DNA of 64,000 nucleotides from the human T2T-CHM13v2.0 reference genome, Homo sapiens, in the NCBI RefSeq assembly GCF_009914755.1, contig NC_060931.1; one strand, given 5' to 3'. The translations under genes were made by a program, and so were the position numbers. Of this stretch, positions 35,044-51,873 are shown piece by piece. Under the pieces are notes generated by a model, which was not told the DNA's origin, did no database searches, and saw only the letters and a program-made list of their open reading frames with translations. Position 1 is the first letter of the stretch, and the number at the start of each line of letters is the position of its first letter.

Positions 35044-35871
35044 ATTCTTACCTCAATTGGTGAAATGACTCTTCCCAAGATTAACAACAACCTCCATCTT
35101 GCACAGAATTAGCTCTTTTTTGTCTCTCCTCATATCTCACCTCAGTCGGTCGGCAGGATTTAAGTCAGCCAGCCTCAGTGACTGTGCGATTACTAGATCT
35201 CCTGCTGAACTAGCCTGTTGAGTTGTTTCAGGGCTCTTTCCTTTGCCACTTTCTCGTATCTATCTTCATCTTCTCCCTAAGAAAGCTCATGCCATTTTGT
35301 GACTTCAAATATCATCTGTAAACTGACGTGCAATTTTTTTTCCATCTCTACCCTCATCCCTGAACTCTAGACTAAAACATTCAGTTTTTCTTGTTCAACT
35401 CTAGTTGAAATGTCTAATGTGCAAGCAGAGCTTGGGATTTCTTTCCCAGACCTATTCCTTCTTGGTCCTTCTCCATCTTAGGTATAGATGCCTAACATTC
35501 AGATATTTGGGACAAAAACTTAAAGGTTAGTCTTGTTTTCTCCCATCCAGTCAATCAGGAAGTCCTATCAACTGTTTCTTCAAAATGTATTCCAAATAAC
35601 ATAGTGGTTAGGAGAGCAGGCTCCCTCAGTTTGAATTCTGGCTCGGTCTTGAGCAAGTTGACATCTGTGACCCAGATTCCTCATCTGTTAAATGAAGTTA
35701 AAATAGTACATATCGCCTAGGATTGTAAATATCTGAAATGTAGTACTCAGCTGAATTAGTATGTGCAGAGTGCTCAGAACAGTGCCTTGCACTTAGTGAG
35801 TGGTCAGTAAATGTTGGTTGTCCTCAGTATAGGTGGTATTAGTAGTTATACGGGAACTGGTAATACCATTG

Positions 35872-35892
35872 CTGCTGCTGCTGCTGCTGCTG
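35872..35892. repeat. (CTG)7 microsatellite
   Basis: Direct reading. Confidence 0.9.
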
Positions 35893-36165
35893 TACCCCAA
35901 GCCTCTGTCCTCTCTTGCATGGATTACTGGGATAGCCTCCTATACTTTCAACTCTTGATACTTCCACTGTCCATTCTCTACACACCAACCAGGGTAATCT
36001 TTTTAAAAACACAAATTTTACCACTATCCTTCTTAAAAACTCCAGAGGCTTCCCATTGCAGTTCTAGTAAAATCCAAACACTTCCGGGGCCTTCAAGGCT
36101 TTTTGTGATTTGGCCTCTGCCTACCTGTCAATTTTACCTCCTCTTACTCTCCAGTCATTCACTAA

Positions 36166-36800
<635 letters not shown>

Positions 36801-37403
36801 TAGGCTTCATGTACTCTGGCCTTCTTCTGCTTCCTAGAACATGCTCCCCACTCCCACCCTCTTCTAAGTTCTTTGTACTTGTTATTCCCTGTGTCTGGAG
36901 CGCTCTTCCCTCAGAGCTGACTGGTTTCTTCAAAACATTCAGGTCTCAGCTCAAATGCCACCTCTTCAGAGTCATCCTTGACCATCTGGTTAAAGTAGCT
37001 CCTCCCCCCATTGCTGTCTTATTTTTTTTCATTGCACTTAGCACTAATGGTATTTGCTTATTTGTGTATGTGTTTGTCTTAAGTTCCACATAGGCAGGGG
37101 CTATGGCTTGTTTATCATTCAAAACAATATCTAGACCAGGGCTTGGGAATTAAGTGGTGGAGTGCCAAGTCTTTTAAAATGGGGGTCGAGTAGTTTTTCC
37201 TTGGCAGAAGCTTCTTTTCCTGGATAGCCTCTTAATAGTCTGGAATGTGCAGCTCATAGTTATTAGGAAATGTTTGCACTTTGGAAAAACATCCTTGGAA
37301 ATCTCTGTCTTTTCTGCTTCTGAGTCACAGATTGTGTTTTAAATTATTCTAGAAGGAAAAGTGTTTTAACCCAGTTGTAGTGACTGCTAAGTGTTTTCTT
37401 TTG

Positions 37404-37404
<1 letters not shown>

Positions 37405-37437
<33 letters not shown>
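37405..37437. repeat. (AC)16 microsatellite
   Basis: Direct reading. Confidence 0.95.
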
Positions 37438-37438
<1 letters not shown>

Positions 37439-38182
37439 CTCTTAGAGTATTAATTGATATGGTAATGCCCTGAGCTCATGTGATATGTACTGTTTTAAAA
37501 ATAAAACAGTAGATATATTAGCTGTGACATGATTATAACTGCCAGCAAGTAATGATCATAATAAAGAAGTCACTTCCTGATGTATTTAGGAACACCAGCA
37601 ACAGCATGCTTCATAAACTGGCTTAGACTTGGTATCTTTCAGACTTTTAGTTACCTGCAGTGTACTGTAATTTTCACTGTTTTTGAGCAGTGATAAGCAC
37701 TCACAATCTAATGGTCATGTTCTCAATACCCAGGTAAAAGAGTGGCTGAATTTGTGTTTGTTGAGTTAAATTGAACTCTTAGCCTGTAAGTGTAAATTTT
37801 TTGCCATACGCTTAACAGTTCAAACTGCTTCTGCTAAAATGCTTTTGATAGAATGATAAGAACAGGATGAAAAAATGCATTTATGTATATGTGATCTCAG
37901 TTATGTTAAATGTAGATTGAAAGCAGTCTCCAAGGAGGTATGTTAGCCTGTTCATATTGCTAAATGGACAGTAGGATTATGGGGGATTTTTCTTAATACT
38001 TTTATATATTGGGCAAGCAGGCATATGGGAATGATTTATGGGTGAGACCTGAAGCCGCACCCAGTTCTTGGGTGCCCTGTACAGCCCGTATGTGAGGCAC
38101 AGACCCATGGCAGATTGTCCTGGCCCATTTGTGATTGAACCTCTAGTAGCAAGAGCTGCTTTACACCGGTACAACCTAAAAG

Positions 38183-38393
38183 CAGGGGTGTCCAATCTTC
38201 TGGCTTCCCCGGGCCACATTGGAAGAAGAATTGTCTTGGGCCAGACATAAAATACACTAACGATAGCTGATGAGCTAAAAAAAAAAAAAAAAGAAAAAAA
38301 AAAGTTGCATAATGTTTTAAGAAAGTTTACAAATTTGTGTTGGGCATTCAAAGGGCCGCATGTGGCCCACGGGCCACAGGTTGGACAAGCTTG
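38183..38393. mobile_element. MER30 hAT MITE
   Basis: CAGGGGTGTCCAA / TTGGACAAGCTTG termini; degenerate 8-bp TSD CCTAAAAG / GCTTAAAG. Confidence 0.85.
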
Positions 38394-38578
38394 GCTTAAA
38401 GCATTTCTCAGGGTTAAGTCAGACTGCAAACATTTGTGTATTCATTCATTCATTCAATGCTTTTGCACTAAATGGCGGATTTTGCCAGCCATGTTAGTTA
38501 CATTAAGCAGACTATTAACCCAAGTGAACATGGTCCTGAACTCACTGTTTCTGGTATACTAGAGGAATACTTATACTA

Positions 38579-38657
38579 TTAAGTTGGTGCAAAAGTAATT
38601 GCGGTTTTGCCATTGAAAGTAATGGCCAAAACCGCAATTACTTTGGCGCCAACCTAA
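38579..38657. mobile_element. MADE1 (Hsmar1 mariner MITE)
   Basis: 79-bp near-palindrome TTAAGTTGGTGCAAAAGTAATTGCGG...CCGCAATTACTTTGGCGCCAACCTAA, TA on both sides. Confidence 0.95.
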
Positions 38658-39468
38658 TACATATTCAGGCAATTTCAACTTGTGATAAGGATTATGAAGG
38701 AAAAGTATCAGATGCTATCTGAGAGCACAGAGCAGAGGAGAACCTAATTTAGGTTGAGAGTTTCAGGTAAGGCTGAGACCCAAAAACCAAGAGGAGTTAG
38801 CCAGATGGAATAAGAATATGCCAGACAGAGGAAGCTGCATGGCAAAGGCCAAGAGGCTTAGAAAAGTGAAAAACAGAAGGAGACCGTTGTGGGTCTGATG
38901 CAGCTGAGCTAGGAAAGATTGGCCCAAGATAGAGAGGTAAACAGGAGGGGGCGTGGTTCTGGGAGCTGCAACTTAGAAAGCTGTTTGTGTCCGAAACAAG
39001 TCAAAGAGTTGCTGAGGACAAGGGGTGCAACCCCCTCAACCCCCAATAACAAAAAGTCTCTTTGCTTGGATCTCCACACACGTTCAGAGTGTTTGTTGTG
39101 GCCTCACAGGATTTTTTCTAAGGCCAAGTCAGCATGGCCGAAGGTCACTACAACTTCTGTAAGAACCTGGCCTCTCCACACTGAGTGTAAAAATGTATTA
39201 AACAGTGGATGCTCTGAGAAAAGTGAAGGCATGCTAGATCCAAGCATTTAAGTTAGATTGGCCAGCCATCCCAAGAAACAGATGTTCCAGTAATCTGTTA
39301 GTTGGGGTATACAGTGTTGAATTCTGTTTATAATTCTACCACCAAGTTGTTGGGATGGGATGTCTTCTTCTATAAAATAGCAGTAAGTAAGCATTTCAAT
39401 GAGGTCCTTAATGTGAGGCATGATGTAGTAAACACATTAGCAGTCTTTTTTTGGTCACTTGTTTCTTA

Positions 39469-39822
<354 letters not shown>

Positions 39823-40194
39823 TTAGTGTGAAAACAAAGAGATCCTTTAGCCTGCTTTCGTATCTGTGTGGACATATTGCAGTGCAGCTGATACCCCATT
39901 ATTGTCAGCATGCAGTTGTACTGGGAAATTTTCACTTTTGATCATAGCTCATTACTGAAACCCAACTATTTTAAGAGAAATGCCCTTGAGTCATAGGCTT
40001 GTTTTATTGCCATGGTATTCTCTGATAAATGGTTCATGGTTTTTCCCCTAAGTGAGCATACTTCATTTGCCATCTGTTTAAAATCACTACAGATTGAAAA
40101 CTAGTATATTGAACTCTAAGGACATATCTCTTTCTTACACTGGAATTCTAAAGAAGAATGTACTGAGCATTACTTATTCTTTCATTCTTCTTAG

Positions 40195-40399
<205 letters not shown>

Positions 40400-40707
40400 T
40401 AGCTTAGTTTTGGTGCTATTTTGTATGGATTGTTTGAATCCTTGAAATTACTAATAATTTTTTTTTCATTTTTGTGTTTAGAGCCATCTGTACATAACTT
40501 GATTTTACAAATCAGGAACTTATGGTCCTTAAAAACCTCAGGCTTTAAAAACAAAGCTAAACTAAAAACAGTACGCCTTTTTTTAGTAATCTAACTTTAG
40601 CTTTTTTGTTTTTAGGTTTTATTGGCGATTCCTACCTTTAATTAATAGAAGTGGTGTGTATAATACTTAAGAGAGACTTGAGGTTAACATATATAAAATA
40701 TCTTTTA

Positions 40708-41035
<328 letters not shown>

Positions 41036-41504
41036 TTATTGTGTGTTTGGCATGGCACTACATTCATCATTAAGCAGGCCAAGTCACTAAAATTTATAAT
41101 TACCACACAGGTTACAGATTTGTATGCATGTATTCATATCAGACTTCATCATCCCTGAGTTAAGGTGTAGCCTATATATAGCAATATAGTCTTTCCCTGC
41201 AGGAATGTTATCAAGTCTTAATGATTTAAGAGTTGGTAATCCAATGTAAGCATTTATCCTCACTTCTGTTTTCTCCCAACAAAAGCCAGGTTTTATGGTT
41301 GCAGACAACTTAGTCCTCGTAACAATCTTGTGTGGGAGATGGTGATATCCCCATTTTACAGATGTGAAAACAGAACCTCAGAGAGTTACCCAGCTTACCC
41401 AAGAAAAGTGATCTGTGATGAGCAACAAAGTGTTAAACCTAGTCTTTTGACTAAAAATATCCCTACAGATTTTTCCCACCCCATGTCTTTATCTCTTTTT
41501 TTAC

Positions 41505-41972
41505 CTTTTATTTTTTTTAAATAGAGACCAGGTTCTCACTCTGTTGCCCAGGGCGATCCTCCCACCTTGGGCTCCCAAAGCTGGGATTACAGGTATGAGC
41601 CAGTGCACCCAACCCCCCATGTCTTTTTCTGTTGCCTGTGTCTCACCATTCTTTTTACACACATACATAAAACCCTTAAATCTGTCAGTTGCCATGCTTG
41701 TTAGTGAGCGAATTAAAAAGTTTAGGGAAGGCGTAGGCTGGAGAATCACTTGAGGCTAGGAGCTTGAACCAGCTGGCAACAAAGTGAGACCCTGTCTCTA
41801 TGAAAAAATTAAAAAATTAGCTGGGCGTGGTGCTGCATGCCTGTTTTCCTAGTTACTTAGGAGGCTGAGGCAGGAGGATCATTTGCATTGGAGGTCACAG
41901 TGAGCAATGACTGTGCCACTGCATTCCAGCCTACACAACAGAGCAAGACCCCTGTCTCTTAAAAAAAAAAAA
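41505..41972. mobile_element. Alu monomer(-) at ~41510-41612 and truncated AluJ(+) at ~41725-41972
   Basis: Alu motifs. Confidence 0.75.
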
Positions 41973-42143
41973 AGTTTGTGGAGAGTGGATTGAAATGGTA
42001 CTTTAAATGAAATTACTGATTTATTCATTGAATTCTTTGTTTCATACTGTTTATTTAAGAGCTAATCTTCTCTCAGACTAATCCTTAAATCAGTCTCCTC
42101 TTGACAATAAGGAAGCCAAAAGTAAGAATATTCACATGCCTAA

Positions 42144-42856
42144 TTTTTTTTTTTTTTTTTTTAAAGATAACGTCTTGCTCTGTTGCCCTGGCAGTGATGC
42201 AGTCTCAGCTCACTGCAACCTCCACCTCCCAGGCTCAAGCGATCCTCCCATTTCAGCCTTCCAAGTAGCTGAGACTATAGGCATGTGCCACTATGCCCAG
42301 CTAATTGTTGTATATTTTTGTAGCGACGGGGTGTATCCGTCTGTTCTCACACTGCTATAAAGAAGTACCTGACACTGGGGTAATTTATGAATAAAAGAGA
42401 TTTAATTGACTCACAGTTCCACAGGCTTAACAGGAAGCATGACTAGGAGGCTTCAGGAGACCTGCAATTGTGGCAGAGGGTGAAGGGAAAGCAAGTGCAT
42501 CCTCACATGTTGGGACAGGGGAGGGAGAGAGAGAGAGTGTGAGCGAGCACACGCGAGCAAGGGAGGAAGTGCCACACACTTTAAAAACCATCAGATCTCG
42601 TGAGAACTCACAATCTTGAGAACAGCATGAGGGAAATCTGCCCCCATGATCCAGTCACCTCCCACCTGATCCCTCCCCCAGCATTGGGAATTACAGTTCA
42701 ACATGAGATTTGGGTGGGGACACAGAGCCAAACCATATCACGGGGTTTTGCCATGTGTCCCAGTCTGATCTTGAACTAACTCCTGGGCTCAAGTGATCCA
42801 CTCACCTCAGCCTCCCTAACTGCTGGCATTACAGGCATGAGCCACCACACCCAGCC
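42144..42856 (-). mobile_element. AluJ split by an MSTA-like solo LTR (42332-42740)
   Basis: LTR TG...CA flanked by perfect 5-bp TSD CGGGG (42327-42331, 42741-42745). Confidence 0.9.
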
Positions 42857-43198
42857 CACATGCCTAACTTGTAATGAATGACTAAGCACATTAATAGCAT
42901 GTAAATGTGGTGGAATGTTATTTAACTTTTACAGTTACAAATACACTGTGTCCATTTTTAAAATAATTATTTATTGAGTATCTCCCATGTAACAGGCACT
43001 GTTATAGGCTTTAGAGATATAATGATGAATAGCATATGCAAGGTCCCTGCTCTGAGGGGTTAAATTCTAATGACAAGATACAGTCATAGCAAATAAATAA
43101 GAATGTATCAGATAATGAAAATATTTACAAGAGCTAATAAAAAACCCACAAATGTCTGTGTGTAAATGAATACATGCTAACAATGATATCAAAAGATA

Positions 43199-43315
43199 GG
43201 CCGGGCCTGGTGGCTCACACCTGTGATCCCAACACTTTGGGAGACCAAGGCAGTAGGATTATTTGAGCCCAGGAGTTCAAGACCAGCCTGGGCAACATAG
43301 TAAGGCCTTGTCTGC
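43199..43315 (+). mobile_element. FLAM / Alu left monomer
   Basis: Single Alu arm. Confidence 0.8.
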
Positions 43316-43945
43316 GTACATATACACATACTTATCATCTGCCTGCCTACGGTTTATCAAGGTATATTAAAGTGAGATTTATGGGGCTGACGATAGGAGT
43401 GGGAATGTAAAGTTGTTGAATTGTACTATTTAAAAAATCAAAAGTTTGGGAAGAAGTCTCATAAAGTTTAAGATTTGACTTTCTGTTGAGTAGTGTAAAT
43501 CACTTTATTGACTTAGTTCATTTTAGAAAAAGAAAGGATTTAATGATACTTTCAGTGCTTACCAAAATATTGACCTTTAAGTTATTTCCACAGTTCTAGC
43601 ATGAAAATTTATATTCAGAGTTACATAGAAAAAAGACTATTATAAATTTGGTAAAATATATGTGTAATAGTTTTTGCAGGTATTGTGTTTTAAGGAAGAA
43701 AAGCTGTTTTCAAGCTGTAAACAGCCTAGAGGTAATAACTCAGCCCTCTCTGTTTGCAAATGAGGAAACCAAGAAATTGTCTAAAATTAAAATTAGTGTA
43801 GTTTTTACCATTGGAGGAATCTGGGCAAAGGGTATACAGAACTCTTCTTGTACTATTTTGGCAGCTTCACATGAATTTATAATTATTTCAAAATAAGTTT
43901 TGAAACGTAATAATTAAAAAATTGGTGTGTTTTTATCTTTTCTAG

Positions 43946-44167
<222 letters not shown>

Positions 44168-46455
44168 TAATGTTGTTGCTTGTGACATACTATACAACAA
44201 TTTCTTCCCCAGAAACAAGTAGACAACTAGAGGTTCTAACTTGTTAGTCTTTTACTCTGTCTCTAATTGTGTTTATTCCCTTTTTGATATCAGTATATGA
44301 CTCTCTCTACTGTGTTATGTACACACAGTTAGGATACTTTGCATAGTCTTACAGCTCTCCCGGTGTCACCTGTATTGGAGTTTGATTTTGTGACAGCTTC
44401 AGTTACCCAGAGTCTCTATGAGTTACTGAAGTATTTCTCTTTAGTGTAAACTACTACTGCCATAACAGTTCATACTTAGAGCACATAATGGAGCTTACTC
44501 AGGTTTTACATCTTTCTCTGTTAGTCATGGTTTCTTAGCACCTATGTAATGCTCAGTAGGCACGTTGCCATCCTCCTCAAAATATAGATGCCCTGATAGC
44601 ACAGACTGAATTTTTTGTTTCTTTTTCTTATTACATGGGAACCTTCAGAATGAATGAATTTTTAATAGAAATAATATCTCTGTAGATGGGCACATTAGAT
44701 TGTTATATAATATTTTTTATTATTTATTGTTTAATTAAAATCTGGAATCCATTTGGTTTTAGAGGAGGTGGTTTTGGTGAAGGGGAAAGAGGTGCTCCTC
44801 TATATTTAAGAGGTATTTGGCATAGAGTTCTTGCGTGGTCTTGCAAATACTACATGCATAAATCAAGTGTTCTTTAATTAAATGATACATATTTTTATTT
44901 CTGTGTGAAGTGTCTTACTTGATTATGGAGGACAGAAAAGAAGCATGCAATGTATCCTCTATTTTCAAGATTCACACAGCCTAGATGAATATATAAGGCA
45001 TTTAACCAAGAGCAAGTTAGTGACAAAGTAGGAACATGGGCAGTGGTTAGTGCAGAGGATCCGGGAGGGGAAAGAAGCTGGGAAACCTTCATGAAATAGA
45101 TGAGCTTGAAGAAAAGAAGGATTTTCACACATAAGGAAAGAGGGCATTTCAGGTGGGTGAGCAAAAAACTAAACCAAGGCTTTTACAGAGCATTCCTTTT
45201 TATGCACACTTGAAAATCTCAAGAACTTATTCTAAGAGAGCATTCTTTGCAAAAAGCAGGTAATTGAGAAACTCTGAAGTATAGATTTATTCATAAAGTT
45301 TGTTGGTTTCTATGAGGAAGAAATTTCATATATGATGACATGCAAGGGATGGCAGACTCTGGTAGCTTGTAATTGTGGGAGACATGTTGAAAGTTATATA
45401 AATGCCAATGCTTATTCATTCAGCAGATATTTGAGTGCTTATAATGTAGCAAGTCTTGTTCTAAGTAATGGAATAAATGTTATCACCATAGTCACCAAAG
45501 TCAAAGTGATATTTCAAGAGAATAAGGTATTTTCATGCAAGAATCTTGGGCTATTACTATTATAGAAAATAAGGATGATTCATTACTCTTAGGGCGTACC
45601 TCCAATGCCTCTGCCATAAATAAAAATGACCCTAGTGACTCACCAACAATATTGTTGGTGAAAGGCTTTTTTGAAAAGGTCTGAATGGTTACAGTGGGCA
45701 CTCCACGTGGTCTAAACTGCAAGAGTAGCAAAAATAAATAAAACAGTAGCATAAATATCAGCTCCTCCCTTTAGCCTTCCTGGTCATCTCTGTGATCCAC
45801 AAAATCCATTGCTTCCTCGTCTATATATGCAATGTCCTTGCTGCAGCTCCAGTATCACACTTAACACCTATTCCTTTCCTGTCTCAGTATCCCCAGTACC
45901 TATATATGCCATAGTTCATAGCATATAATCTATAGTAAGTACATGTTTAGTAAACATTTGTCTTGATTCAAAAACCTTTACCTTTTGGTTTTTACTTTCC
46001 TATGTCAAAAATGAAGTTGGACCAGATTGTACTTCCCTATTCTGAAATTCTGTAATAGCCTCTAAAACTGTATTTAAAGGGAGTATTATATTAAGCAAAA
46101 TGTATATGAAGTTTATACCGTAGAATTACTTTTCTCTGACATCCAGCAAAGTTGCTAGTAAAACCAATCTATTAACTCTAAAAAAATAACATCTTCTCAC
46201 CTCGGAACCCAGTAGGTCCAGGTTTTCTACAGCCGTGTTTCTGCCAGCATCAATCACACTATGCTTTTTCAGTATTGGTTTCCCTGCAGCACCTGACTCA
46301 GAGTAGCTTAGTAGGTATTTATTAAGAAATAAATTAATGACTATATATACACACATATGACCAGAGGTGCTAGAGTTACAAACACCTGAGTCAGTCTCAC
46401 CTTCCAAGTGGTGAGACTGAGTGGCAGGTTAGTTGTTGTTAACAGCTTCATTCAG

Positions 46456-47147
46456 TGGCGATCATTAGAAAGTCAGGAAACAACAGATGCTGGAGAGGAT
46501 GTGGAGAAATAGGAATGCTTTTACACTGTTGGTGAGAGTGTAAATTAGTTTAACCATTGTGGAAGACAGTGTGGCGATTCCTCAAGGATCTAGAATAGAA
46601 ATACCATTTGACCCAGCGATCCCATTACTGGGTATGTACCCAAAGGATTATAAATCATGCTGCTATGAAGACACATGCACATGTATGTTTACTGCGGCAC
46701 TACTCACAATAGTAAAGACTTGGAATCAACTCAAATGTCCATCAATGATAGACTGAATTAAGAAAATATGGCACATATACACCATGGAATACTATGCAGC
46801 CATAAAAAAGGATGAGTTCATGTCCTTCGCAGGGACATGGATGAAGCTGGAAACCATCATTCTGAGCAAACTGTCACAAGGACAGAAAACCAGACACTGC
46901 ATATTTTCACTCATAGGTGGGAATTGAACAATGAGAACACTTGGACACAGGGCAGGGAACATCACACACTGGGGCCTATCGTGGGGTGGGGGACTGGGGG
47001 AGGGATAGCATTAGGAGAAATACCTAATGTAAATGACGAGTTGATGGGTGCAGCAAACCAACATGGCACATGTATACCTCGGTAACAAACCTGCACGTTG
47101 TGCACATGTACCCTACAACTTAAAGTATAATTAAAAAAAGAAAAAAG
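46456..47147 (+). mobile_element. 5'-truncated L1PA (L1PA6-like)
   Basis: ORF2 end plus 3'UTR (GTAAATGACGAGTTGATGGGTGCAGCAAACCAAC); imperfect TSD AACAGCTTCATTCAG / AACAGCATTCAG. Confidence 0.9.
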
Positions 47148-47574
47148 AACAGCATTCAGGCCGTCATTCACAAAGGAAACTGGTTAAGAAAGTCACAGCA
47201 CGCCCTAGAAAAAGATTGTGATTGGCCAAAATGCCCTTCACAAGTACTGCATATATTTAATAGTAATCATGGTGAAAGTTGACATGGTTTTTGCAAGAAA
47301 TCATGTGAGTGGTAGGAAGCATCATAGCACTGTGTAGTGCTGTACGTCTTAGCCTGCATCACCCAGATACCGTGCTTGTTTGACTTCTAAAAGGATGTTT
47401 AAGACAAATACAAATCAGTGAAGAATGGAGTTTACTTTCTCTGTGGCCCATAGTCTGTGCGGCCTATAGTCTATTCACATTAGAAAAACTGAGAGTTCAG
47501 GTCCAAAGAACTTCCTATGAGTGTTGAATGTGTTAGAATGTTTGCTACATCGTGAGTAATCAAGTGAATGAAGT

Positions 47575-48215
47575 AATAATAATAGTAACACTACCTCATA
47601 CTCATGCAGCACTTACCAGGACCAGACTGTTCTAAGCATTCACATATATAAATTAGTTTCTCAAACAACACTGTGAGATAGATACTACTGGATTTCATAG
47701 ATTATAAGATGTACATTTTAACATCTCTGAGGGCTATGTCTTATGATATGGCACCATACAGTTATAATTGCCAGCAGTTTTTCTTAGAGTCCATAAAATA
47801 AGATTGAGAACTAGTGATGTCTTAAATTTGACTTTTTTTAAAAAAGTGACATCCAAATTTATAAATGAAGAAACAGAAATGCAGGGAGGTTAAGTGGCTT
47901 GCCCCAGGTTGTGCAGTCAGGAATAGCATAGAGTTAAAATGCAGGAGGTCTGCCTTTGTATTCTCTTGGTATCTACTGTACAAGTTCATTGTGTGCTCTG
48001 GAGTTGGATTTCTCAGTCCTGGTTCTACTTAAGTGTGTCTCTGAGCAAGTTAACATAATTTCTGTGTGCATCAGTTTCCTCATCTGTAGGACAAGAATAA
48101 TAATGATACTAACTTCATAGGTTTAGGTAAGGATTAAATGAGAAAATGTATGTAAGTCCTGAAAGCAGTGTTTGGCACATTGTGAGCGCTGAGTACAATG
48201 TTAGTGGTAGTAGTG
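47575..48215. mobile_element. MIR relics in both orientations
   Basis: MIR core motifs GAGGTTAAGTGGCTTGCCC and CAGTTTCCTCATCTGTA. Confidence 0.7.
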
Positions 48216-48324
48216 TGGTGGTGGTATTTAGGAAACATTGTCTAAGAAGCACAGAATAGAATAATCTGAAAATAAGGCAAGAAGATTTTTCCCAGTTTTT
48301 CAAGCATCACTATAAAATGCCTGC

Positions 48325-49336
<1,012 letters not shown>

Positions 49337-49824
49337 TACTTACGTTCCTATAGCTTCAACAGCTCTTAATAATTTCAAAGGAGAGGCATTTTTAAGGTAG
49401 CAAATTATTGAACCTAAGTCTTACAGATTTCCTTTTGTTTTTTGATTTTACAAAAAAACATTTCTTCCAGTAGATTAATAATGAGCTAACATTTTTTGAA
49501 TATTTACTCTGTCGATGCAGTTATAAGCACTTCACATTTAACCCTCATAGCAACTTTATAAGGAAGGTATAATTGTTGGCTCCATTTTATAGATGAGGAA
49601 ACTGAGGTAAGAAGTACTTTGCACTTTGCTCAGACTTACATGACTAGGAAGAGCAGAACCATGGTACTTTAAAATTGATGACACTTTCACAGTGGATAAC
49701 TTACCTCTCAATGCAAAATCTATGCTCAAGGTCTGACTTCCAGTAATTTCTGGCACATTTGGGTTTTGAAAAACAATTGGTGGGACCCTTGATATGATGC
49801 AATAAGAATAGCACTTTCTAAATC

Positions 49825-50519
<695 letters not shown>

Positions 50520-51512
50520 TAGAGGTTTAATCCTTGTTGATTTTTATCATCCCTGAATACTCAGATACATGTTAGGAATTTTAGTTCACCTTGTCCTTAG
50601 CTTCCCAAGAGACATTAAAACATGAGACACTACAGCTAAATGTACTTTTTTTCTTTTTAAAGCACTGATGGCATTCCTGACTTTTTTCCCCCCTTATCCT
50701 ATTGAGTCTTTGGATAATTTAGAAGGAATCGTGTGAGTCCCAAGATTCCAGCACTAAACCGTTCTTACCTCTGACCTGACATCTACCCAACCCCACTTAA
50801 GTTCTTAAAAATAAGGGTACCTCCCAAGATGAAGAAGCCCCCAGATAAGAGCGTTTTAAAATCTCTCCTGCCACTCTCCACTCCCCACCCTCAACCTTTG
50901 TTTTCTCCTGAAAGAGAAAGAAAGGAAAGTAAACACTCTGCCCTCCTTTCTTGTCTTCTCGCTTTGTTCAGAGTGGCCCTTCCTGAAGACCAGATGTGGA
51001 ACACCTGCAAGTACATTTCATCCCACTGCCCTAGACCAGCTCCAGTATCTAGAAAGACTGCTCACTGGGCTGAGGTAGCACAGAATCTTAAAGGCCTCCA
51101 AGTGGGGTCTTTCTTCAGCCTGCAAGTATCTAGGCTCTATAGTGTGCCTCTCAAGCTCCAATAGGCAAAAGAACTGCCTGTAAATCTTGATAAACACACA
51201 TTCTTGGGTCTTACCCCTAGAGATTTGGATTCATTTGGTCTGGAATGGGGCCTAAGAATTTATGATTCTAGCAAGTGCTGCATGTGCTTGTAGATTTATA
51301 ACCCTGATCCAGAAAGTACTAGGTTAAAAAAAAAGTTTGAGATTTGTTCTGTTATTTTGCTGTAGGTCTTAAGACAGTGTCGTTGCTGTCTTAAGCTTCT
51401 TAACTTTTTAAGACATTGTCAGATTCCTTTAGGTCTAAGATATCTGTACAAAGTGAGTACTACAGGATTCTATTCAGGATACGAATTTTTTCTAAGGTTA
51501 GGACTAGGGCAA

Positions 51513-51545
<33 letters not shown>

Positions 51546-51556
51546 TGTATGTGTGT
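51513..51556. repeat. (GT)n microsatellite
   Basis: (GT)13 AT (GT)4 AT (GT)3. Confidence 0.95.
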
Positions 51557-51557
51557 T

Positions 51558-51873
51558 TTGCTTAAATAACAAAGTTATTTCTCACAGTTCTGGAGGCTGG
51601 CGAGTCCAAGATCAAGGTCTTAGACAAAATGATTCTGGAGAGGGCTTTCTTCCTGATTTGCTGGATTTCCTTATACCTTCCTGCTGCATCCTCACATGAC
51701 AGAGAGAGAGAGATAGCTCTCCTGATTCTTCTTAGGATACTAATTCCATTATGACAACCCTACCCTAGTGACGTAATTACGACCCAAAGGCCCCATCTCT
51801 TATTGCCATCACATAAGGAATTCGGGTTTCAGTATATGAATTTTGGGGTGACACAAGCATTCAGTCCATAGCA
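51558..51873 (-). mobile_element. MLT1A/B-like LTR
   Basis: TTTCTCACAGTTCTGGAGGCTGG...CATTCAGTCCATAGCA. Confidence 0.75.
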
